Source of the DNA: Nemertoderma westbladi
Taxonomy: Eukaryota > Animalia > Xenacoelomorpha
Direction: 5' to 3'
NCBI GenBank assembly: GCA_032718475.1
Contig: JAUCBJ010002461.1
Coordinates: 1-64,000 of the forward strand
Length of the DNA: 64,000 nucleotides
The first letter of the stretch is position 1. Each line of letters opens with the position of its first letter. This document shows positions 52,505-64,000 of the stretch, one piece after another. The notes beneath the pieces were generated by a model, which saw only the letters and a list, made by a program, of their open reading frames with translations, was not told the DNA's origin and made no database searches. Position numbers and translations under genes: made by a program.

Positions 52505-55500
52505 CTAAGGCGACCCTTCCAATAGGCAACACTTTCCTACAGCCCTCCTGTAGGTCTTCCTATCTTTGGCCCCTATCTTCCCTCCTATCCTGACTTCCAC
52601 CGACCTAACTCTTCCGTCCTCATTGGGGTAAGTATCCACCACTCTCGCTAGTCTCCATTGGTTATTGATAATTGTGTCATCTGTGATGATTACCAAGTCA
52701 CCCTTCTTTAACTCTCTACTGGTATTCCTCCACTTACTCCTCCTATGCAGTGTCGGAAGATACTCTTCTATCCATCTCCTCCAATACTCCGCACTTATTG
52801 CCTTGGCGACTTTCCAGCTTTGATGTGAATGTATGTCATCTGGATCTACACCCCGCATGGCGATTGTGGCCAGCCTCTCCATTAGTAAATGCCCTGATTT
52901 TAGGACGTCCAGTGATTCCGGGTCGTCATTCTCGGGGTATAGCGGTCTGCTATTAATGATTCCCTCGCACTTGGCCAACACCTTTCTTAATACGTCTTCG
53001 GTGACCATATGGTTGTTCATCAGTTTGGTCATCAGACGTTTGGAGCTTCCGACAAGCCTCTCCACACACCCTAATGTATGTGGCGTGTACAGCTTTCTCA
53101 TTTCCCACTTTATGAGACGTCTTCTCATAGCCGCCCTGACATCGTCTCCCTCTAGGATGTCGAAGGCCTCGGCCAACTGGTTCTCTGCTCCCATGAAGTT
53201 GGTCCCGTTATCCAAATATAACAACTCTAGCGTCCCCCCTCTGCGGGCTACAAACCTCTCCAAGGCATTAATAAATGCCGACGCCATAGCGTCCTGCGCA
53301 AGTTCTATTCCCACTGCTCTTGTGTTGTTGCAGACAAAGATAATGCCGTAGCGTTTCTCTGTGTGCCGCATCACCTTAATCTTAATCAGCCCGAACATAT
53401 CCATGCCGCAGTGTGTAAATGGCGGGTCGTGATGCCTCACTCTGTTGTCTGGTAATGGCGCCATCTCCTGTACGGCCCTCTCCTTTCTTGTCCATCGGCA
53501 GGTCTGGCACTGCCCCACCACCGCCTTCACCATCTTCCTAATGGGTAATCCAGAACGTCCTTCGTATCTCCGTGAGGGTCTGATTCGTGCCTCCGTGTAG
53601 TATCGATTTATAGGAGTCCCATATGATCTGGTGGACTATTGGTGATTTATTGGGGATTAATATGGGTTTCGGTGGAATAACTGGGCTGTTGTTGTTTACC
53701 ACTCTGGAATTCATCACCAGGATCCCGTCGTCGTTTAACAACGGACAGCGGACAGCGGAGACAGCGGGTTGAGCTCGCTGCCTCGACGAAGGTGCTGTTG
53801 TTTGCTGACTCTGTCCACTTCGTCGGCGTACCCCTTTCTTTGCTCGTATCGTATTATGGCTTTAGCCGCTCCTTCCAGATCGATGGTAATGCCCATTGAT
53901 AACAGATCTGCTGGATTGTCATCGGTAGGGCAGTACCTTATCTCGTCTATCCTGTTCGCAACGAATATAGGGTATCTTGTCTTCTCGTTATGTAGCCACC
54001 CTAACACTACCACAGAGTCCATCCAGTAGTATGTCTCCACTATGTTGGGTGTAGTGTCCATCAAATAAGCGGTGGCCCTTACTCCTAACCTCGCAGCTGT
54101 CAGCTCGAGTTTCGGCACTTATGCTGAATCTGGTGGCGTCGACTTCGCTTTACTAAATGCAAGTCTGGGCTTATGAGCCCCCTTTCGCTGTACCAAATAA
54201 AGTGCCGCTCCATATGCTTCCAAGGATGCATCGGAAAACATGTATAGATCCAGATCCGTCATGTTTCCGTCCGGGAAGTACACGTGTGGTATGCTGTACG
54301 TCCCCATCTCTTCTAGACTCCCGGTCCACTTACTCCACTGTCTACTTATTTCTTCCGGGACCTCCGTATCCCACTCATCCTTTAACTTATATACTTTCTT
54401 TAGTATTTGCTTCCCCGTGACTAACAATGGGGATGCTAGGCCTAGGGGATCGTATATCCTCGCTATGTATGATACATAGCCTCGCTTAGTATGGATCTCT
54501 GCGCCCTCTTGGCTTAGTTGATACTCCAACTCGTCTGTCTCCTGATTCCACACGATCCCTAGCGCCTTTTGCTGAGACTCCACTCTCTTGTCTGTCATAA
54601 CCTGTCCCTTTACCTTTGTGGGGTTGTCCATGGTCGACTCTGGTCGTTTGTCTTCTATGGCCTTCATAAATTCCTCGGAGCTGGACTGGAACTTAGTAAG
54701 GTTGAATCCGGATCCTTTTAGGATGTCGTGAACTTCATGCCCTATCTCCAGTATTTCTGCTGCCGTGTTTCCAGATCCCATCCCATCATCTACATAGAAA
54801 CCGCGTTGAATCATGTCGATCGCCTTTGCACTATACTCTCCTTCCTTGCCCTCTATCGTATCTCTTACAGCCGTAGTCGTTGTGAATGAGGACGACTTGG
54901 CCCCCATGTTTTGCACCACCATTTTGTACATCGGTATCTCAGATGGTTCTTCGTCGCCGTTGTACCATAGGAAGCGCTGACTGTCGCTGTCTTCTTCCAT
55001 TACACGGACTTGGTTGAACATGCCTTCAATGTCGCAGGTGAAGGCATGCCTTCCATTTCTGAATCTCAACAGGACCTCTATCCCCGAGTTGTAAATGTTG
55101 GGGCCTTCCAGCAGATAGTCATTTAGGCTCTTTCCATTCGTTTTGGCCGACGCGTCGACCACCATCCGCAGTTTACCCTTCTTCGGATCTAAAGCAACGT
55201 GCAGTGGCAAATAGTAGGTCCGTCCATGTTTGGCTCGTTGACCGGTAACTCCATGGCCCACCCCTTTTCAACGTATTTTCTAATTGTTTTATGGATGCAC
55301 TCATCCTTCTCGGGGCTCCATCTGAGCATCTGCTTCAGTTTGTGAAGCCTCGTGAGTACCATCCCTTCTTTATCCCCTCCGAATATGGTCCGTACTCTCT
55401 CGTGGGCCGTCGGACAATCCATACCGACTATGATGGATACCTTCGAGATGTCCACTTCGGGTATTGAGAAATCGATATCGTCCAGGAACTGATATTGCTC
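52505..55500 (-). pseudogene. BEL/Pao pol (RT-RNase H-integrase), frameshifted and internally deleted
   Basis: RT YYLPLH, CDIEGMFNQV, FYVDD; RNase H FSDAS, PKLEL; integrase GMDMFG, DNGTNF, ERLVG, INSRPL. Confidence 0.92.
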
Positions 55501-56967
55501 AACCTCGATTCTTGTGGGCCGCCTGGTGTTTATATTAATCGATTCTATTATTTGGATGGGGTCGATAGTTGCCCTATAATCGCATCCTGGTGCTATTGCT
55601 GATATTGTAATGGGGGAATGTCACCCTGTCCCCCCTTCCCACTGGTGTTATATTTGGTACTGGGGTTGATATTACTATGTTAGGGCCCATACATCTATCG
55701 GCAATAGCTCCCCCCTCCCCTGGGTATATATTATATCCTTGCATATTATAGTCATACTGGTGTGCAGGTACCGGTATAGGCCTATCCACTTCTTGCCTAC
55801 CTACCGGTATGTATGCCGAGACTTCCGGGTCTAATCCCGTTGTCCGCACTATCCCATCGCCTACACTATCTCTTCCAGCATGGCCTATAGTATGTGCAGT
55901 AAGGCCTACAGTATGTCCTGCAGTCTGCCTATGTCCTTGCGGATCGAAGTTTAATCTTCTCAAATATTCCAAGAAGTCCTCCCCGCGACTACCGTACTCT
56001 CGATCGGCAGCTATGTCCCGTCGGGAAGTTTCTCTTTGATCCCCTCTCCTTTCCTCATCCTCGCACCGCTACATCCTTAACCCTTCTCCCGGTGTGTGGT
56101 ATATCTCACCAGGTTGCGTCTCTCCGGGGCGACGGCAATCTCCCGGAGTTCGACCCCACCGACTCTCTAACTCCATCTCGACTACCGACAGTTCACTGTC
56201 CGTCCTTCCTCTCCAGTTGCTCGTAGCAACGCTCCTTCTATTCTCTCGACTTCGTCTCACTTCAGTGTATTGATCCTCCTCGTGAGATCTCGCTTCGACC
56301 TCCTGGATAAACTCCACTGTTCTTCTTCCGTCTTCTGACTGGCCTCAACGTCATCTCGCTCGCCCGCTCACGGCGCCAACGTCTCTCTCTCTGTCCGGTT
56401 GGACGGTCCTGGGGATACTCGCAATCCCCCTACTATTCTCTGTCGTTGGGTGCCGCGGTTCACCTAACTCGCCCCGCGCACCTCCCGCCGACACTTGTGG
56501 ACATTCTCTGCCCCCCTTCTCGCCACTAATCTCTCGTGGTGGGGTGCTCGTAGCCCCCCCCCCCATCCATAACCTCCCGCTTCGCTTCTTCGCCCCTCTC
56601 TAGTCGACGCACTATCTCTACCCTCGCTGGGTCTATTCACCCCCGCCTCTCCCTGTGCAACTGCGTGGCCTTGCAGGCTCCTGTTGGCCGGACCACCTGT
56701 CCCCCCTACGTTCGTATTAATTGCACCGTAATTAATAATATTATTCTTATTAATTTCCTTGGGGTTGTTTAACGTATTATCGTTACCTAAATTAGTATTT
56801 AAATTAATTAAATTATTTTGTTCAGGATTAGGATTGTTATTTGGATTATTTTGCACATTTAAATTACAATTATTATTTGGATTATTTTGCACATTTAAAT
56901 TATAATTATTATTTGGATTATTTTGCACATTTAAATTAGAATTATTATTTGGATTATTTTGCACATT

Positions 56968-59577
56968 AAAAATATATAATTTTATTTATAATAATTAATT
57001 TATATATTATTTTATTATACAATCAAAATATAATTGAATTATATTATTGAGAATATACCATATACATTTACCGTTTAATATTTTAATAATATACTGTATT
57101 AATAGTTGTATTGAGTTATATTAGTTATATTAGTTATCTTAGTTGTATTGATCCAGTAACTCCCGTAGCGATGCGCATTGCGTTCTGTCGGTTTTGGAGT
57201 CTCCAATTATTATTCCATGTTTTTCAACGCAGTAACAGCTAACTAACGATGTTGGTCTGGGTGCTCAAAGAGGCCGCCTGGAGAAGGTCCCGCCGTCGCT
57301 AGGATGGAAGCGGCATTACCCACGAGAATGGCTATACCAATTCGCTGTAGAAGGAACCGGTGAGAGCGGGGTTCGTGGGTAACTATCTGCAGACGGGAAC
57401 CAATCTCATGGAGGAAGTTGGAGGTCTCCGGGCCGGGGCGACCCAAGGTTTCAAAGGCCACGGGATGGAAGATGTGGCCTCGCTCCATCACCTCGTTGTA
57501 GGTGGCATTTTTGCCACGTTCTGCTCCCTCCACGGTGCGCCCTCCGGCAATTAGCGTCTGGTGCACATGGCTTGGTGCCAGCGGATCGACCACTGTGGCA
57601 TCCCAGGTGAGGGTTCGGCCCTGGGACCATGGAACCAGGGTGACTCCATCTACCCTCTTCCCATCATTCCTGCAGAGGCCTGGGGGCTCCAGGATGGAAG
57701 GGACCCCACAGCTGACCAGCGCCCGCCTCACAATGTCATTCAACATCGCATGGCGGGCATGACGGCCAGCGCTCCTCCGACAGGAAAGGCCGTGGAGGCC
57801 ATTCGCAGCCACTGGAGTTCCACATCGATCGCATGTGTGGGGTTCCACTACTTTACATCCAAGGCGAGTGGCAATGGCGATTCGAAACTGCGAATTCGAA
57901 AGCTTCAGTCCTAATGAGGCGCTAGGAAGTGCATCGATCCAGCAGCCCGCAGTAGGGTCAGCGAGGGAGTTCAAACGGGCGAGATCAAGGGGTGTAGCCA
58001 CGAGGCGTAGGGTGGCGAGATTCTCCTCGTGAACTGGGAGCATCCAGGCTCTCTGACTCGATACAGCGGGAGGTGGTGCTGAATCTCGCGGTAGGGATGC
58101 ACTTCGGGTAGCATGGGCCGACTCCATGTATGGTCCAGGAGACCCATCGGACTGGTGTAGACGGTTGGAGAGCTCGGTACAGGCAGCCGCTGAAGCCAAA
58201 AAGGCAGAGGGTGCGAGCTGCACCGCCGAGCTCAATCCTAGTCCACCCAATCGTGCTGGGAGGCAGGCCTGGGCCCAGGCTTGATCGCCAATGTCGGTAT
58301 TGGCGACCTCTTGGAGGGCACTTCGGAGGATTCGGTCGTAGTCCCTGAGAAGTGCTGGGAACTGGAAGCAGGGAGCCGTCCTGAGGAAGTACGTAAGCCG
58401 TGGCATGGCGAACGAGTTCCTCAGGAGGAAGAAACCGTGGTGGGCCTCCAGCAGTGGAAGACGGCTGACAAGCGTGGAGAGGTCCCCCACCTTTCTCGTC
58501 AGACAGGAGGTGATGGCAGTTTCACCAATCGGAGACCCCAGCATTGTTAACTGGTCCAGTGGAGGGTACTGGATACCCGGGCAAATGGCATCAAATGCTG
58601 ATCGTATTTGGGCCTGGGACTCCTCTGACTCAGTACCCAGGAAGAACACCTCGCTCTTCTTTGGGTTGATAGATAGCCCATATCCCTTCCCTTCGTTAAT
58701 AACCTTCTCCAGGTCCTGTAGGACAGTGCGATAGTCATCAGCAATGTTCCCATCATCCAGGTACCAGACATTGAAGCGAGATTCCAGCCCCTGGATGATT
58801 GGATTCGCAGTATCCCCGAAGAGGCGAGGTCCATCAGTATCCCCCTGTTGTATTCCCTCGTCGGAGAGGATGGTGTCATTACCATGGAGAAGGAAGGTTG
58901 CCGCTCCATACGCCGCGAGGGTGTAGTTATAGATGGAGGGATACTGGGAATGTATGCTCTCCAGCATGGTGTCTCGTCTAATGGAATTAAACGCGTTGCT
59001 GAAATCAACTTTAAGTAACACCGTCCCCGGATGGTTCTCACCACACACAAGTGCCCTTGTAGCATGGACTGCCGCCTCAGCGCCAAGCTTGCAACCAATT
59101 CCTAGCTGCACTGCCCCATATGACTGGGTCCGTAGGTCCGCCACTATGTAACCGACGAACTTTCCACATAGCCGTCGTAAGGTGACCCCAACAGCAATAG
59201 GGCGGATTCCACCACCTCTCTTTGTGAAGGCAAAAAGATTAGCCCCAAAGAAAAGTGGGCGGACAGGAACTGGTATCTCGCCTGCAACAGTGCTGTCAAC
59301 AAAACATGCAAGGGATGCGAGTAGGCGCTCACCTGCTTCACCATTGGTAGGTGAAACTAAATCCTTCAGAATCTGGGGACGCAGCCCATCTGGCCCACCT
59401 GCACTTCCACTGGGGAATGAAGCGATTAACTGCCGAAGAATGGTGGGAGAGCAGGGTCGAGCGGCTTGAGTAACTGGTGGGGGTGGTTCTCTCCTATCAA
59501 GGGGTCGGGGTGGGTGTTTCTCCTGTAGACCTAAACGTGTCTCTGGTGTATCTGGGGCGATAGTATCCCTTGAGGGA
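56968..59577 (-). mobile_element. 5'-truncated CRE-clade non-LTR retrotransposon
   Basis: 9-bp TSD TTGCACATT at 56959-56967 and 59578-59586; AT-rich 3' UTR at 56968-57240. Confidence 0.9.
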
Positions 59578-59585
59578 TTGCACAT
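57243..59585 (-). CDS. CRE-type reverse transcriptase + CCHC finger + restriction-like endonuclease (780 aa, uninterrupted)
   Basis: RT motifs GPDGL, IRPIAVG, DFSNAFNS, GIQQGD, YLDDG; finger CDRCG...HGLSC; RLE motifs RHARH, KRVDG, WDATVVD, AERGK. Confidence 0.9.
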   Translation of the reverse strand: MCNPSRDTIAPDTPETRLGLQEKHPPRPLDRREPPPPVTQAARPCSPTILRQLIASFPSGSAGGPDGLRPQILKDLVSPTNGEAGERLLASLACFVDSTVAGEIPVPVRPLFFGANLFAFTKRGGGIRPIAVGVTLRRLCGKFVGYIVADLRTQSYGAVQLGIGCKLGAEAAVHATRALVCGENHPGTVLLKVDFSNAFNSIRRDTMLESIHSQYPSIYNYTLAAYGAATFLLHGNDTILSDEGIQQGDTDGPRLFGDTANPIIQGLESRFNVWYLDDGNIADDYRTVLQDLEKVINEGKGYGLSINPKKSEVFFLGTESEESQAQIRSAFDAICPGIQYPPLDQLTMLGSPIGETAITSCLTRKVGDLSTLVSRLPLLEAHHGFFLLRNSFAMPRLTYFLRTAPCFQFPALLRDYDRILRSALQEVANTDIGDQAWAQACLPARLGGLGLSSAVQLAPSAFLASAAACTELSNRLHQSDGSPGPYMESAHATRSASLPRDSAPPPAVSSQRAWMLPVHEENLATLRLVATPLDLARLNSLADPTAGCWIDALPSASLGLKLSNSQFRIAIATRLGCKVVEPHTCDRCGTPVAANGLHGLSCRRSAGRHARHAMLNDIVRRALVSCGVPSILEPPGLCRNDGKRVDGVTLVPWSQGRTLTWDATVVDPLAPSHVHQTLIAGGRTVEGAERGKNATYNEVMERGHIFHPVAFETLGRPGPETSNFLHEIGSRLQIVTHEPRSHRFLLQRIGIAILVGNAASILATAGPSPGGLFEHPDQHR

Positions 59586-59847
59586 TTAAATTAGAATTAT
59601 TATTACCGGGTAAAATATTATTTCCTGCAAGAAAGGTTTGATTAGGGTTGTCTATTACGGTACTATTAATATTAATTCCCTCTAATGTATTATTATTATT
59701 ACCCCTCTCGCCCGTACGGTTACACCAGTCAACATCACTCTCCGATAATCCCAATTGCGCCAGTTCTAGTCGGCGCTTTTGCTTCGCTTGGTATTGCATA
59801 AGCCCCCTCAACCAGGTATGCATATCATCCCGCATACGCTTTCCCGC

Positions 59848-59890
59848 TCTCTCTCTCTCTCTCTCTCTCCCTCTCTCTCTCTCCCTCTCT
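59848..59890 (+). repeat. Interrupted (CT)n tract at the junction of gag and unit copy 4
   Basis: Read directly; on the minus strand it encodes ERGRERGRERERER in frame with the gag fragment. Confidence 0.9.
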
Positions 59891-62206
59891 AGATAGCCGA
59901 TTGCTAGTTGTGCCGACGCACTATTTGCTCAGAGTTGTGCCCTTTCAGTGGGACTGATTATTTGAAAATTGTGGTGACATTAATTCCTGTGCTACCACTA
60001 GGGGGTGTGGTGTATAATGTGAGGGGAATGTGAGGGAGTGTGATATTGCTTTTTCGTCTTTGGTTATTTATTGATATTAAGTTTCTTTGATTGTAGGCAC
60101 AACTTGGTGTCTGGAAACATCATATAACTTGTATAATTGAGGGGAATAACAAATTGGAATATTTAAGATCGCGATGTTATATTATAGTGCTTTTAATGAA
60201 ACATCGAATATCACTAATTTTTAATTGTATAAGTTGTTGAACAAATTATATGAATGATGAATGGGAAATTATTCTTATTATATTTTTATTATAAGGTGGT
60301 CGATAAAGGAATTTCCAGGCTCAATTTCTTTGTAAATGTACGGTCTCAGGAATTCTTAGCATGCGAGTATTCCTAGCCCGTGGGTATTCTTAGTCTTGCA
60401 TTCTTAACCCATGGGTATCCTTAGCCCGCGAAACAATAACGTTTATTGTTTTGGTTCCCCCAATACTCCTCTGAAACCTGCTCCTTTGCTAACATACTCC
60501 TTTACTAACTGGCGGGCTAAGAACACTCGCGGGCTAAGAATTCACCCAACAAATGTACTTGTTCAGAGCTGTGAATTCTACATTTCTTCTATATTGAATG
60601 TACAGCAGCAGAGCATTAGAAATTTGAATCATTGCTTCACGAAATAGGAGAAAAGGATTATTGTAATATTTCGTTTTATTCCATATCGTAACATCCAATC
60701 TTTTAACACCCTATCTCGTATAATCATGCCTCCCCCATCTCGTAGCACGTAATGCATTATTGTCAAAAAATTTGCAAAATAAACTTGGTCTCTAATCCGA
60801 TCTATAGACTCTTAGGTGTCCACAACGGTATTAGTACATAGAACAACAGATTGGCAATAAGAATTTGCTACAAGCGCGCAATAATAAATACAAAAGGGTG
60901 AGTACAAAACAAATACACAAGACCCAAAAACTTAAGACCTGTACGAAACACATGTGATAACTTTCGTTTATTGTTTTGGTTCCCCCAACTATGACTATGT
61001 AACCTGCTCCTTTACTAACCTGCTCCTTTAAATGCCAATGAGACCTAACGCTCTTTGGGACCTAACGCTACTTTACCTCTTAGTTTTGTACGTCCTTCGT
61101 CTTCGTTTTGTACTGACCCAGATACAAGAGCAGAAAACCAGCTAGATCGTCCTGCTACAACGTTACTAACTTCATCAACTGTATCATAGACCTACTGTAT
61201 TTGCCTTTAACACTTTGCGTACCAACACGGTACGAGTTCATCACACGTATTGTCACGACACGTACTCGTGTTCATAATTCATGACAATGCTCATAATGCC
61301 GCCTTTAAATACTGTAATTATAACTTAACCCCCATGGCAGCAAAGTGCCACCTTTACATATATATAATATTATCCTGATCCCCAGGGTAGCAGTGTTTCG
61401 CCTTTATATAATTATAACCTAACCCTCATGGCGGCAGAGTGCCGCCTTTACATATATTATCCTGACTCCCAGGGCGACAGCTATTTAAAACCATAAAAAA
61501 CCAATATTTAAATAACTTTCTTATATATATTGGGGCGGATAAATGGAGTTCATATTCGTGTTGTGCAGGAAAAACTGGTCTAGAAAAATTAATTTATTGC
61601 TTGAAGGGATTCCTATTGGTTTGATTAATTTTAAATTACATAGTTTATGCAAATTAATTTCAATTTAGCCAATAATTATGTTACAAATGATTAAGGCTGC
61701 AGTGTGCCCCCGGAGTTCAAATGAAAGATTTATAAATTTCGAAAATGGTTAAAGGCGGCAGTGTGCTGCCTTTGAGGGTAGGATAAGTAATAATATGGTT
61801 ATCCTCTTTATATATAACAACACGAAGTGGGGACTTCGCGCAGCACGAAGTTGGCAGAGCCTTAGCGAATTGACACTGTTAGGGGGTAGGTCAATTTATG
61901 CAAATAGTCACGTTGGCCATCTAGCGGCAGACTGGAGAACTGCAGATGGATTCGCCTCCTTTGAAAGTCACAGCTAATGGTCTAATACATATCTGCCAAG
62001 TTTCAGCTTAAACGGATTAAAAGCAAAGAAATGGGAGGGCATTTAATGTTTAGACATGTGGCCCTCTAGCGGGAGACCATTGCACTGATGGTGTCTGAAA
62101 GTCTCTCAAAAATCTCAACTTTTGCTCATATTGATACCTACAAATTTTCAACTTGGCAGCTTTAAATCCGACAAAGTTATTAGCATGTCAAAATCGTAAC
62201 GACGAC

Positions 62207-62245
<39 letters not shown>

Positions 62246-64000
62246 AACGACGACGACGACGACGACAACTATTTGCATAAATTGACCCACCCCCTAACAG
62301 TGTCAATTCGCTAAGGCTCCGCCAACTTCGTGGCTCGCCCCACAAAATAAACCTTGGTACGATCAAATATACTTTCTTGGAAGTAAAAATTTACGTAATT
62401 TATCTTTGGTGAACAAAGAGCTACACTTATTTTCTTAAAATTTAAGTAAGTTTGAGTAGGTTCTCGAGAATTTCGTTACCATATTCGTAAACATGAAGAT
62501 TGTAATGTTGTGATAGACATAAGAGCATATTGCTTAAAATATATTAAATATAATATAAATATAATTTGCTATACAAATTTCTGGCTGCTTATATTGCATG
62601 CATGCATATAGTCCAGCAAAATCACATCAAGTCTCACACAGTCTCATATAGGAATAAGCAATCAAAGTGTAATCTATGTACCCCTTTCGATATCGCTTAA
62701 TGCACTGATTCTTAATACAATTATTTCTCATATTTAATAAACTGTAATTTTATTAGGAAGAACTTTCACCTTTCTGTAATATAGTATTACTTCTAAGAAT
62801 ACACCTCGTTAGTAATAATAATGTTATAAGTTTAATTAGATTGTTTACTCGGGTAAATGGGTGGCTTTTAATATAAATGCTATTTAATTATTTATTTAAT
62901 ACTAAATATTATTACCTTTAACAAAGGATGTTACCCAATACATGAAAACTATTTTTTTGCTCCAATCATGTCTTGATGAATAAAATATAACAAAGTAGAA
63001 AGTTTCATGGGTGGTGCTAAAAATTCTGGAACATTTAATACAAAAATCGACACACCGGCACTATTAATGGTATAGTACCCTATTAATTAAAAGTATAAAG
63101 AGACAAACATTTACTGATAATTAATAGGTAGAGAACTATAGAGAAACCCACCACACAGCACAAATATCAGTTAAAAATTATAAAATAGAGTTAAGTACAG
63201 AAGAGGCGATGTAGATTAATTAGCTGGTTGCTGCATATGACGTTCCTATCCTGTCTGGCCTTATGGCAGCCCAGCACCATCTTCCAGTCCAAGCCCACTT
63301 CTCCATTTGATGCGTGACCCACGAACGCAATGGGATGCGCCTCGGATAAGGGCAAACTGGACTCGTGTCCTACTCTTACTGTCTTACTCGGGTAAATTGG
63401 TTAGCGCAAATTTGCGGGATTTCCGGCATCGGGACCGTGATTATGACTCTCGGGATCCCGTCTGCGTAAAACTTAACTATAAATAAACTTCAATAAACAC
63501 TATATTACGTAACTAACGGTCAACAGTCAAATTATTCATAAACCACAATATTACTTACAAAATAATAAACTATCTTAATTCAATTTAATACGATGCAGAG
63601 AGGTTCCAACCACGAAGACTATAACAGTCTACAGTACGAAACCAAGACTTCTCCATTTGGCTGAATATATATACCTTGCCTGTTTTGGCAAGTATATAAA
63701 TATACCTTGCCTGTTTTGGCAAGTATGTAAGTATGCCTTGCCTGTTTTGGCAAGTATATAAATATACCTTGCCTGTTTTGGCAAGTATATAAATATACCT
63801 TGCCTGTTTTGGCAAGTATGTAAATACACCTTGCCTGTTTTGGCAAGTATATAAATACACCTTGCCTGCTTTTGCGAGTATATATATATACCTTGCCTGT
63901 TTTGGCAAGTATGTAAATGTGCCTTGCCTGTTTTGGCAAGTATATAAATACACCTTGCCTGTTTTGGCAAGTATATAAATACACCTTGCCTGTTTTGGCA
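59891..64000 (-). mobile_element. Composite repeat unit, copy 4 (inverted; continues beyond the window)
   Basis: Reverse complement of the right half of the unit, from the terminal AGATAGCCG to the 31-bp array at 63670-64000. Confidence 0.9.
61821..62342 (-). mobile_element. Helentron-associated (HINE/DINE-1-like) short element
   Basis: Absent from copies 1-3. Has ~65-bp subterminal inverted repeats, an internal (GTC)n microsatellite and a terminal stem-loop CGAAGT-CCCC-ACTTCG; T-rich target with no clear TSD. Confidence 0.65.

Larger units (their letters stand above)
55574..59835 (-). pseudogene. Fragmented gag-like N-terminal region (Arg/Glu- and Asn-rich), interrupted by the CRE LINE
   Basis: ...GNNNSNLNVQ (59835-59578) resumes as NVQNNPNNNSNLN... 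(56967 downward) across the TSD; lies directly upstream of pol. Confidence 0.6.
47333..59847 (-). mobile_element. BEL/Pao LTR retrotransposon 2 (degenerate) with a long post-pol region carrying an accessory gene
   Basis: Gag fragments, pol, repeat array, extra ORF, PPT and LTR all lie on the minus strand with a similar purine-rich composition; the 5' part is cut off by unit copy 4. Confidence 0.75.

Overview
AT-rich eukaryotic (most likely invertebrate animal) DNA made almost entirely of nested transposable elements and repeats; I find no supportable host gene. 1.5-24.8 kb is a head-to-tail array of three copies of a ~7-8 kb non-coding composite unit. The unit has imperfect terminal inverted repeats, and each of its intact ends abuts an (AG)n microsatellite. 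A fourth, inverted copy (59.9 kb to the window end) sits in the (GA)n-like Arg-Glu-coding tract of a BEL/Pao gag. 25-47 kb holds satellites, MITEs, hAT and hATm-like remnants, an RTE LINE, a partial solo LTR and a 5'-truncated BEL/Pao pol. 47.3-59.8 kb is a degenerate minus-strand BEL/Pao LTR retrotransposon interrupted by a CRE-clade (RT+RLE) LINE. Where env would normally lie (between pol and the 3' LTR), it carries a frameshifted ~840-codon accessory gene with a DEDDy (WRN/EXD/mut-7-like) 3'-5' exonuclease-like domain and three CCHC zinc knuckles. This gene and the (GA)n-flanked giant element are the two best candidates for undescribed systems. All family calls are by motif recognition only; no database search was run.
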